From positions 1-64,000 of the forward strand of contig MCFE01000465.1 in NCBI GenBank assembly GCA_002104905.1: a stretch of 64,000 nt of DNA, read 5' to 3'. A model generated the notes under the pieces. The model did not search any database, was not told where the DNA came from, and saw nothing but the letters and a program-made list of their open reading frames with translations. Positions 26,990-38,713 of the stretch are shown here, piece by piece (position 1 is the first letter of the stretch; each line of letters opens with the position of its first letter). The position numbers and the translations under genes are program-made. This stretch comes from Basidiobolus meristosporus CBS 931.73 (Eukaryota > Fungi > Basidiobolomycota).

Positions 26990-28990
26990 TCTTTTACAAC
27001 AATTCTATATTGCAGCAAATCGCGTATTCGAGGAATTTGTGTGGTATAAGTTGAATCCAGTAAAGAATTGATGAAAATACCGAACTTTCACCTGAATGTT
27101 ACTATCCGGAAGTTCAATTGAACGGCGGGATAGTTGCACAGCTTCGGCCACACTTTTGTTAAAAGATCGCTGGCCAAGCAGCAACACTCAGTGAAAATCG
27201 CAATTTAACTTGTTATATTTCAAAATGCACCACTGCGCTGCGTATCCGTAAAAGAGAACTTTCAACGGAAGGCAGTCCAGGCACAGGTTTGGTTTGAATC
27301 GATGATCAATTTTCCAGACACATCTATCGTAATGATTTGCGATACCATGGCAATGTAATATATACATAAACAGTTGTAAGTGCTCATTATACTTGCACAA
27401 ACATCCGGTTTCTCCTTTTGAGGCAGATTCTCGATATCAAGTGGTGTATGACGTTCTGAGTAGTACAATCATAAAGGAGGTGGCCAGTTATCAACATCTA
27501 GATTCATGTCATATTTCTGATGTTCAGGAAGGGTTAACATGAGTAATAATAAATTCATGATATACATCAATTCTTTGTTAATCCATTGTGACCGCTAGCT
27601 TCTTGCAACCTAGGGCTTGCCATGTAATCAGGAATACCATATATGGTGGCAAGATATTTACGTAGATAATCTTGTAAACAAACAAATAATTGATTCATTG
27701 CATTAAAATCGTTACCGCTCATCCCAAGTGTATTTTCAGGAAGATATATTCAATCCTTCATTTACAGCTACTGGACTACTACAAATTCTGATGATGCAAG
27801 GATACTCGGAAAAATGGGAGTCTAAGAATTCATGAGGATTCCTTATATCTCACCTATGTGTGCTCAGCGAGTGCATAGGAGATAATCCCAGCTGGGTTAC
27901 ATGTACTACACTAGCGTACTCTTGGCAAAAAGAATGCCAAGCTCCCAGGGATTCCAAAGGTACTTCATTGTTGCACTGGTCGTCTAAAACGTGCTACATG
28001 AACGGATAGTATTAATACAGGTCATTTCGATGCAACACTATTGTATCTATGAGATAAGCGACCACTGTATCTCTGGGAGGTTACATCCCCTCAATGATAC
28101 AAGCGGCGGGTCTAGGATTAAGGGTCTCTTGGATAAGAAGGGGGAATGCATCCCCTCTAGTTGAACAGCTCAAGCCCCCATTACTTTGTTATTTCAGCGT
28201 GAAAAGATGAAGTGTAGGTAGATTGATGGTTGAATCATAGGGATGTAATGGTACTGAAATTCAGACTACTTTGATTCTGTAAAATAACATCAAGGCACCA
28301 TATTGGTTTGGTTTATTATACTGAATGTGAATTGAATATGTATGGATGCGATGAGTGATGCTAAAAGGGAGCTTTATTAGCTTCAAGTGATATCAATATG
28401 GATGCATTAGTTAAACAGCTGCAACGCGTCAGATAGCATATCTTGTAACGATAGGCAGAAGACATCAAGATACCGTGGCTGTATTCTTACAATATTCTTA
28501 CAATATCTGATAATTGTATCGGGGGTTGTGTGGGTGAAATTTGTTTCAAGCACCAAATCCAGTGAATTTGTCCCATGTGACTGCCAAATATTAGCCTCTT
28601 TCGAGTATCAGGATAGTAGGTGCTTCAAATCATCTTGGAGTAAGAAAGCACGGAGGTGAAAGAAAGGGAATGAAGTAATCCCGTGTAAAAACTCTTAGTT
28701 AATCAAGTCGTACCACGTACATTACGAGCTATTATATCGGATATTATCGGTGAATATATATACATCAAGGTGTAAAGATAAATGTCTCGGAAGATAACTA
28801 CTTTCTCTGACCATTTGAAACAGCTTCATGCATCGTCAAACGTGTAGGAAACGCCTCGTTGAAATCATCCATTGAAAGCAATCTCTATACTATCGCTATC
28901 AACTTAGGCATTCACAGTATTTCATAGATATCATGTAGTGTATGGTGGGGCATATGAGAAGTAGCAGAGCTGTGTAGATATTACCCTGAA

Positions 28991-28997
28991 TATATAA
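28991..28997 (+). promoter_or_regulatory. TATA-like box upstream of Kunitz gene 2
   Basis: TATATAA about 35 nt before ATG 29032. Confidence 0.4.
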
Positions 28998-29031
28998 GGT
29001 CTATGTCTCCAACAACATTCTTCACACTGTC

Positions 29032-29577
29032 ATGTTCAAGATTGCTACTCTAGCTACTGTGGCACTTGCTGTGCTAAGCAGCCCTCTTGACGCACGCATG
29101 CTACCTGAAGTGTGCCAACGCAAGGGAGCACCGGGCATATGCAAAGCTTCTATACCTAGTTGGCAGTTCAACCCCGCTACAAAAAAATGTGAAAAATTCA
29201 TCCACGGTGGCTGCGGTGGATTCGTCCCTTTCACAAGTTTAGAGAAATGCCAGGCTACATGTAACCCTGAGCCCAAACCAAAACCTGGCCCAGACAAGCT
29301 GAAGTCATGTTACAGTCCAGCAGATCCCGGGCCATGCAGAGCAAGAATCAGATCATGGCATTACAACAAGTTTACCCAGAAGTGTGAAATGTTCCTGTAC
29401 GGTGGATGTAAAGGAAATGTTCCATTCAAGTCCGTAGAAGACTGTAGACAGACATGTGAAGGGGAAGAGCCCAAGCATAAGCTTGAGACCAAACCTAAAT
29501 CTAAGTCCAAGGCCGTGCCCAAGCTCAAGTCCAAGCCCAAGTCAGAGTCCAAACCTAAACTGCTTGCAAAAGGCTGA
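29032..29577 (+). CDS. Secreted two-domain Kunitz/BPTI inhibitor with Lys/Ser/Pro-rich tail
   Basis: Signal peptide MFKIATLATVALAVLSSPLDA; domains VCQRKGAPGICKA..FIHGGCGGFVPF..CQATC and SCYSPADPGPCRA..FLYGGCKGNVPF..CRQTC; tail KPKSKSKAVPKLKSKPKSESKPK. Confidence 0.9.
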   Translation: MFKIATLATVALAVLSSPLDARMLPEVCQRKGAPGICKASIPSWQFNPATKKCEKFIHGGCGGFVPFTSLEKCQATCNPEPKPKPGPDKLKSCYSPADPGPCRARIRSWHYNKFTQKCEMFLYGGCKGNVPFKSVEDCRQTCEGEEPKHKLETKPKSKSKAVPKLKSKPKSESKPKLLAKG

Positions 29578-29722
29578 AACATTGAGGGAGTGTCTGCCTC
29601 ATGCTAAGCATTTATCAAGGAATGGGACTATGGAAAAGCCAGTGATGAATGTAGCACATTCGTTTATAGTGAATGCAAGGAATGTGTACCAAGTAAACAG
29701 TAGTATCAAAATACTTGTAAAG
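29560..29722 (+). pseudogene. Decayed third Kunitz domain of gene 2
   Basis: Out-of-frame NCLQKAET..C*AFIKEWDYGKASDECSTFVYSECKECVP..YQNTC aligns to domain 3 of gene 1 (CRASIRAWEYDEASGQCRSFVYGGCKGYVPF..CQNTC). Confidence 0.75.
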
Positions 29723-32578
29723 TTCATTAGGCTCACATAGAAGAATTCCGATATAAAAACCTCCAGCACCTTACACTCAGACAACAGGAGCATTTGGACT
29801 AAATTCAATGTTGTAATATAATCATATTTGCTCGACAAGCAATATATAATATGCATGTATAATACATACCCACTTTGACATTAGTGAAAGACAGCATATT
29901 CCTTTCTTACTCAAGAGCTTGACTATCTGGGCATCTATCCGTACACATGATTGCAACTATTCAAGTCACGACACTGATACCTCATCTCATATGAGGGTGT
30001 CCTTATGCTCTCAAGTGCTAATCACTAAGACATCTTGACTATCTATTAGTTTTTTAAAAATTAATGGCGCATAGCGAATGATACTTCTGGAAGTTGAATT
30101 GGGAATTTGAGGTGATTTGGTGAGTGTTTTTACCAGCTGGACTGTAGCGTCAAGATTCTGTTGATTGTCGTATAAGTAGCTATAGGAATGTATTGTGGAA
30201 GCTCAGGAGAAGATGCATGCCAAACCCAGGGGCCTTTGGACTATTCTGCATTTCCACAATTCTGAAGAGTTGCAAAAAGATACGAAATTAAATCGTAGTT
30301 AATCTACTTGGCATATATGTCAGTTGCTTGGTCCTCTATGTTTTGCTTATTATCGGATCAGCTTTACAATAAAGGACATGCGAGGACATAGCCTTGCAGA
30401 AAACTGTTTAAGCAAAATTGTATCAAAATTAGCCTTCTAGTGAGAGTCAATCCACATACTCAACATCAATTGTCCATTGCAATATCCCATATTCATGGAA
30501 AAGACTCATAACAAAGAATAAAAGCATGGCAGTGTATGCCATGTTTCCAATGAGAAGCTATTATTATATTTAGTATGATGGACTTTGTAATAGTAGTAAC
30601 CCTGGGGCAAAGCTTCTCTGATACTCCTTACCTGGAGAAATTCCTGTGGATGTGCCGCTTGTCAGCCCTATAAAAAATATCAAGCTTGAATCTCATATGG
30701 TATTTTGCTGGCGTTCTTACAGTATCCTGCTGGTGTTATTTAATCAAGGGTTTAAGTGTAAATATCTCAGGATTCAGTGGGCTGACTGTTATAATATTTG
30801 GCATGAAGAGCACTCAAGTACAACACCTTCTAAGACATATTTATCTTTGTCCTCAAAAAGGCTAGAGCCTCTTGTATTAGAAGATGTAATTTGAAGAAAA
30901 ATTTCAGTTCTGCTAGTATTATGTTGACATTCTGTTGGTCATTAGTAAATTTTTATAGCGCAGCTTGTGGTGGAGTGTGCCTGAGCTCTAAAGCCTCAAC
31001 TACTGCAGGGAAATTTCGAAACACAAAAGAGAAAGATTATTATTATTCTCATTAGTGTGAAGAAGGGAGCATTCTACTTGGCGATGCAATGTGCTGAAAG
31101 TGGAAGTGGAAACTTGGAAGCGATTTGGAGTATTTAGAGAAAAGCATGGTTTTTCCTTTTTAGATTTAGAGCTGAACTATTTAAAATTTGGCGTGAACTT
31201 TGTGAGAATAATCTTATCGCCATATTCACAAAGACCTTTGGGAGTTATATGAGAAGTTCGGGGTCACTTTGAAGAGTTCGAAAGTTTTGTAACTTCCAGT
31301 ATTTCTACTACTTACAAGAAATAGCGAACATCATATAAAACTGGTTTGAAGTAAACAAGCATGCATTGATGAAATCGCTAAAAATGAACAAGCAATGCAC
31401 GTAATACACATTCCGTACCTTGCCATTTTGACCTTTAAAGGCACCGAAATAAAGACCCCAAACTCTGCGCGTACCTTCCCACCAAGTCATCCTGTATTTA
31501 GTTTGGAAAGCGCTACAAAATATAGCAATGGATTTCTCCAAATTGATAAATCTACAAGTGAAAGCATACTTCCCTCCAACATTCCCTATATCACATAAGC
31601 CTCAATTCCACCTGTTTTAAAACCCGGCTTCTATTGTTCATCTGCAAAACGACATGGCGTATGTGACTTGCATATCATCTACTTGGAATACTATATATGG
31701 GAGATTTTCTGACATATGATATCGAAATGTGAGTTTCTAGTTTAAATGCCAGAATGCTAGTAGTGAATGGATAGGGTCAACTCAGAGTAGCAGAAACCTG
31801 AATATTCATAGGTATATTACAATACAAGGCTCATGGGTAGATGCATAACGTGAGAACACAGCTTAGCATACTGGACAAATGGTGTAATGTATTCCACAAA
31901 AACCCTTAGTGATCACAGGATACCAACTATTAAGCGCAACAAACCAGTGCATAGTATCGATGTATCTTACTGAGGTCAAATTCGTAACCATTCTACACAT
32001 TAATATCCATGAACCTTCGCATTAATACCGTTACATGACTTGCTGTTCTAGGAGGTTCACTGAGCGAATCAGCATCTCTGGTTAATACATTCTATGTACG
32101 AAGTTTAAAAGTGCTACTTCCCTGACCCGATTCTGCCGGCAATACTAGAAGCAGTTTATCTGAATGTACTTCTACCAAACAGGCTTAGTCCGGATGCAAT
32201 GAATCTTGCCTAGATCTAGACTACCAATAATGCCACAGGACGTCCAGATATCAGACTTGAGATGCATAGGATTGTACTCCCGGTGCTAATTGTCACTGTG
32301 CTTACGAAAAACGGGTTTCTAATATTAGATGTAACCCATCATCGTTATTGATGGGAACAATGGCGAGTCTCAATTCAATCAATCATATGAGAAATTGTTG
32401 GCAGTTGTGGAAGATCTTTTTTGCTTTATTATCAAATGATATGTAATGCGTATAGTCAAAAATAATAGGCGAACATATTAAGTATTTCAAGAACTGAACG
32501 TATAATGAAATAAATTAGACCTCTAGACAGATTACCTCTGTCCATCTAGATGCCCCAGTATATAGTATGAAATAGAAT

Positions 32579-33583
32579 TTAGAACTGGCTAGCAACCCAG
32601 GCAGCAACTGGAAGAAGAGCCAGAGTGAATGGAGCGGCGTTTCTGCCGGCAGCATTCTTGTTCACAGAAGCATTTGCAAGACTGGTGGGTGTTGAGGAGG
32701 GAGCGGCTGGAGTGGCAGGAGCTTTGGTTGCAGCACCGGTGCCAGCAGAAGTGGAGGCGGTGGCGGCGGAGCTGGGGGCAGGGGGTGGGGTTCCGTTGTT
32801 AGGAACACCATCCTTGTACATGGGCCACTTGTTGTTGAGGCAGTCGGCAACAGTTTCAAATCTGTAACCCTTCGACTTGATGAAGTCAATAATCCTAGCG
32901 GTTCTATCAATGCTGAACTTGTGGATATCGTGTTGAAGAGAGATCCAGCTATCGACCTGGGAATTTCCGGCGTTCAACTTGTCCTCAACGTTGGTCACAA
33001 GCTTCTCTTGGACCTCAGTGCTGTTGTTGACGTATTGCCAGTCGTTGGAATCCACATTCCAGGTGATAATCTTCAAGTTCAATCCATTCATCACTGTTTG
33101 GCAGGCAGCATTACAGTCACCATAGGGGGGTCTCATGTAAGCAGGAGCAGCGCCAATAACGGCCTTGATGGCAGCTTCGGTAGTAACCATTTGGCTATTG
33201 ATTTGTTCCTGACTAAGGGTGTTCAATGAAGTGTGGTTGTAGGTGTGGGAAGCAATCTGATGGCCTTCATCATAAGCTTGCTTGAGATATTTGGTGAGTG
33301 CAGTGTTGTTTGCTTGAACACCGAGGACGAAGAAAGTAGCTTTAACATCTTTCTCCTTGAGGATAGCAAGCAAATCACCAGTGTTGGGGCCCGGCCCTGA
33401 AAAAAGGAAATGTTAGCCTGGCGTCGCATTGCCATAGAGAACATCATACGTACCATCATCGAAAGTGAGGCCAAAAACGCCAGGTTTTTCGCACTTAGTG
33501 ATCACTGTAGCACCAGCGTCTTGGGCGGCTACATAGCCAGCAAGGATTGAACCCATCAAAGCGTATTTGAAAATAGCAACCAT
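32579..33583 (-). CDS. CE4 polysaccharide (chitin) deacetylase, secreted, probably GPI-anchored
   Basis: ATG 33583, intron 33453-33397; motifs TFDDGP, ASHTYNH, YMRPPYG, ITWNVDSNDW, ISLQHD; Ala/Pro/Ser/Thr stalk and hydrophobic C-terminus NAAGRNAAPFTLALLPVAAWVASQF. Confidence 0.93.
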
Positions 33584-36500
33584 CTTCGAGATATGTCGTA
33601 ACTGGGAACAATGAAATAGACGAACTACGATATAGGGGGATGGGAAATCCACCCAGTATTTATACTTCTCTGGAGTTACACGACGACCTACCTCAATCTG
33701 CCCACAAATCCACTGCACTTATTGCTAATCATGGAGTAATTTCGTATGGATCATTATAGTTCGAATTAACATCATCTGTAGCAATCTTTAATGACAGCAA
33801 ACTATTTTCAGGAACAAATAATTCGTGCACATATTTCCTTTTCTTCCCGTTCCATTCACCCTGATTTGGAAGGGCTTGTTGGATACTGAGTAGCTGTGAA
33901 GTCGCCCAAGAGCAAGAATGTTCAAACGGTCGTAGCACCAGACAGTATTGCTTCGAAATCGCCCACTCTGGCTACCTCATTGGTATCCCAGATGCAGGCC
34001 ACTGATTGTGTTCGAAAGGATCGATGATGTCAACTTACAAATAAGGCCAAGCTATTAACCGATCAGAGTGAGGTCCATACAAAGCGGCACTTTTCTAATC
34101 AAAAATATGGGGCAACGATCCAATCATGGATATTGCACGAGATTCCTCAGCTACAGCACTTTCCAAATCCACCGACATTCATTCCAATCTACGGCGATTA
34201 CCAGAGAGGGCGATGTGGATGATGGAAGCATCTTCACACGGCTAGCATGCTGCAATTACCCCAGTCCTAACCCGTTTACCATGGCTTTGCCTCGGGCAGC
34301 GGGGTGATGAGATGCGAAATTAATCGGAATCGCCCAGCATAGCACACATAATGCCGCCATGATGGGTCTCCAGTGGCATCGACGCAGGGCTAATGATTGG
34401 CTGGAGGACAAGCTTAATTGCCATTAAATTTAGGGCGGCTTTAATTTAGGTAGCCTTAACTATCATAGCCATGGAGATGCCGTTCCACAGATATCCAGTT
34501 ATCGGCGGGATCAAGTGATATTGATTAAGGCTCTAAGACACCAGGGGCTAGCGGCCGAAGGATCAATGGCTACGGCTTCGCTCCGATCCCTTCAGGGCGG
34601 ACGAGCGCTGACTTCACGCCAACTACGTATGTATTATCAGCTATTACGGGGATGATATTTGCGATCAAAGGCCCAAGATGGCCACTCATAAATGCATGCA
34701 TAAGCTGGTCAGGATGCAGGACCTGGGCGTCGGATGAATCATTGGTATGGCACACTCACCCAATATAGAGACCTACGAGTGAAAGGCGGGTGATTTCCAG
34801 CATCGCCCTCGATAAGTTGACTTGCCACTTGGCGGACGGGCCGAGATAAGAGGCCAGGTTGTATGGAATGCCCTACGCATCCAATCACGGGCGACTTCGA
34901 GGCTTTGACTTGATTACATGATGGATTTATCCGCTGATGATTTCCCATGGACCCAATGGAGAGCCTCACCGTTTTGCCAACTTTCTCCACATGGTTTGAA
35001 ACTCCACAGCGTGATTCGGCCCTCGAGGGTGGGTGAATGTGTCGGACTTCGGGCGGATCGATAAACGAGGAGATGTCTCTATTCCTCTTGGGCCGCACCA
35101 CTGAAGAGCATTCTTATTTGCTCCGGATCTCCCTTGTGACTCTGACCCCGGGGTTATCATTCGCATGTAACGCATCCCCTCGTTGATGATGGAGCGGCTG
35201 GTAGATCACTCCGGCCCTGAAGCTCTAAGGCCAAGATACTAGTGATGTGTGGTACCCGCGCATCAGTATATTCTGTCTGCCTCAAGCCTTTTCCAAGGTT
35301 AGCAATGGAGAATTGCTAGAAAGAGATGATGAATTGCGATCTCGATGGCTTTCTGTGCACTGTTTGGGGCATCATCTAGGCTATTGTTGGACAATAGGCC
35401 GACATACGCCACTGGGTTGGCTTAAGATTCGTGAATTGCTGTATGTGTTGGCTGTCGCAAAAGGAAACTCTATTCTTAGTGCTTCTGAGGTGAAACAGTT
35501 ATTTTAAGCGGTTGGCTCAGGAAATCCCTACTACGTAACTCCAGCATGGAATTAAATTGCCAAAGATCTCCGAGTTAAATCACCATGATGATAATGAATC
35601 CATGAAGCTAAATTTGCTCTTCACGAATCACCATTCAAGGCACCTATTTTGCGCCAAAATGAAAAATTCAATCGGCGCTTCAAATGACCCACACCATCGT
35701 TTAAGGAAACGGTCGACAAAGTTCAAACTCTATTCAACGATGGTCCTTGATTTTGGCGGAAGAGAATACACCTATCACGCAGTGTGCTGCGATCATTGGC
35801 GCTCATTTTCGGGGAGTGTACGATTGTGGGTATTGGTCGCCCTATTGAACGAGCGCGAACTTCAACGAAGGGCACTGGGATTTGTTTATAGGCAAAGTTA
35901 GCACCTATCAATCTCCGGTTTTCATGGAGGAGGCTCATCGTGCCCAAGCTGGGGCTGGTTTTTGAACTTCCCCAGATCTCTCCAGAGTCATATGCATATG
36001 GAGTAGAGTGAATGCAGGGAGAAGACATGAACTATCATGTTCGGCTGGTTCATAGCAGTTAGTATTCAGTCTCGAACTGCCTTGGATGCTTGCCAAGGTA
36101 TGTTTGACTCATCTTCCTGAGACCTCTCATAAGACATCCTTACCGGCACCTTTACAGAGCTTGTACAAGTGTATAAATATTTAAACTCGACTCAGCGCAT
36201 TCATAAATGAGCATCATACTCATTTAAATACGCCAAATCACTTCTATGCTCCCATTACCACCTTCAATAAGCTCTACAATGGCAGAGAAACTTCTTTACT
36301 GCTGATGGCTAACTTTACATCTCTACTGTCATTGTTGAGACAGCTTTGACTTAACTGGCCACTGGATATGTTACAATACTGAGAATCGTTGTGAGTCCTG
36401 TAATGTAATGACATCTAAGTACTCCCTTAATGTTGTCACTTGTATCACAGAATACTTATCTTAGAGAATTATGCCCAAATTCTTAATAGATGTTTGCTGA

Positions 36501-36858
36501 AAGTAGTTTCCCAAAATATCAGATACCCTAGACATGAAAAATCTTGAAGCTGCTTGAAGTGACATATTCTCTTGGGATCTTTCTAAGCATATTGCAAATA
36601 TTTGCTTTGCAAAGACCATATAAATGTACAAAAACCACTTTTACACTCAATCAAATGTTATGCAATGACCACATAATCTGCTTGTTCTCCCAATCACTTC
36701 CAGTATTTCTAGAGTTTGCTCCATAGCCTATGTGACCCAACAATGAAACCATAGGAAAGAGGCTTTTTGGCTATAGTCACAGGAGTGAAATGCCCACCTA
36801 AATGTACAGGGGAAGCAGCTCTAAAGTAGCAGAACAAGGTTTAAAGTGCATTTGACTT

Positions 36859-38038
36859 CCCCTATGAAAAATATTTGTGATGATCCCATCAAAAGGCTGT
36901 CTCAAAATATAGATCCTGCTACCAGAAGGCATTGATGCCATTAGGGCACCATGCACAAACTACAGAATAAAGTTGCACCTCAGATTTCACAAAAAACTTG
37001 GTCAAATCTTTTCATTACAACAATACATAAGTGGCTTTTAGTTGGCTCTCTGCCATTTCCTCACTTTAGTATCCCAGACACTCAGTCACGTACTATGTTT
37101 GCATACATTGATTAGTCATTGCCTCTTTTTCACACTCCTTACTTCTTAACACAAGTGATGCTCTTACTCTTCATGCATACAAACTGGCTTATTTCTGTTG
37201 AATCTTCAGTTGTAACTCAGTTGCCAACTGTACTGACCTATACAAGTCCTTATACCCAACACTGACATCAAGCCCAACCTCACACTCAACAAGTAGCTCC
37301 ATTATATTCCATCTTTCACTATGTATTTCTGCCAAAAACCTATTTTCCATCACTTTGGTGAGTACTCTATTGCTTTATTCCATTGGTTGCTTACTGGTTC
37401 CCATACATCCTGGTCTTCAACTAGCCCTGTAAAGTCTAGCACCTCATCTGCCAGTCTTTGCAGTAGATCCTTGCAAAATTCAAGTGCATTTCTTAAGCAC
37501 TGCTCTTGAAGAAGTGCTGCAACCTTTTGTTGTGCCTGTTATTGCCCCAAAATTCCACTGTAGGCATTGTGATTGTCATATGAGCTCTTGACATTGTTGC
37601 TTTGTCTGTCAGTGGAATCTCCACTCTGTCTACAGTGGAGTAGGTGGAGGCAGTGGTAGAAGAATTGCCTTTCTCTGCAAACACATCTATCTCACTTGAG
37701 CATAGCTCAACTGACTGCACTTCCAACTCTTGAGAAAACAGTTGTTGTGTAGTTGGTAATTCTTCTTAGCTATTATGGGATTCAGCCTGTTCTGGACTTA
37801 TTACATTAATTGGTGAGAACTGCAGCTTTGTTCTCATACTTCCCTGTCTCTGGCTTGAGTAGACTTTTTTCCCTTTACCTTTTTCTTTATCACTGCCATA
37901 TCTGTTACTGTTACTTTGTCTGAGTGCTTCTTGTATAGTACCATGTCTTCTCCTTGATAAATGCTGCACCAGTGCATCCACTTCTGCCTGCTTGTCCCTT
38001 ACCAACAATCTTTTGGTTACCTGGTGTTTCCCAAGCTG
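36859..38038 (-). mobile_element. Copy 1 of unclassified 'CCCCTATG'-ended element, inserted in copia gag
   Basis: Homologous to 58833-60000; homology starts exactly at CCCCTATGAAAAA in both copies with unrelated left flanks; ORFs 37493-37726 and 37766-38230 match 59261-59695 and 59762-60631. Confidence 0.7.
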
Positions 38039-38363
38039 CATGACAATCAGTAAAATTTGAGCCAAGTTACAAAAAAAGTATTCATTTGGGGCTGATGATA
38101 CCCAGGGATGTTCTATTTGCTGGAAATTGAGAATTTCACAATAAATCATATCAGATGATAACAAGTGCCCAATCTTAGGTCCATCAATAGTCACAATTGA
38201 ATTAGAGCAAGACAGTGAGATATTTTTCATACCTCAAGACACTACAACCATGTTTAGCCAGGATCAGTGCCACAAAATACCCCTAAAGTGGTCATTCCAG
38301 TATCACAAGGTAGAGATCCAACTGAACTATAAATAGCCAAAATTACTTTATCAATGACAATAC

Positions 38364-38713
38364 TGTTGTAAAAAACTGTAATTCCTCCTGAATTGGGACC
38401 TTCCTTAACCTATTTTATGTGTTTGTTATGCCAAGACCATGTAAAAGTATGAATACTACTTTCACATTCAATAAATCATTAAGTGAAAACCACAAAATCT
38501 ACTTGTCCTCCCAATCACTTCCAATATCTCCAAGACTCCTAAAACTTGAACAACTTATCTAGTTTTTATGCTCTGGGTACCTGATATTTTGGTGAAAATA
38601 TTCTGAGTAAATCCTGACAAGGATTTTGTTCAGTATTCTCTAGGATTTGGAGGGAATGATCTAAGCAACTGAGTTATGTTAATATTTAGGTGGAATTACA
38701 AACTTTTACAACA
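38364..38713. mobile_element. Two partial copia LTRs in opposite orientation
   Basis: TGTTGTAAAAA.. at 38364 (+) joined to LTR 3' part (38395-38550), then a reverse-oriented LTR 5' part ending ..TTTTACAACA at 38713. Confidence 0.75.

Noticed and set aside
34580-34650. IPSG and YYGDDI as RdRp motifs B and C
   Set aside because: They lie in different frames, only about 17 codons apart, with no motif A; insufficient to call an endogenous virus.
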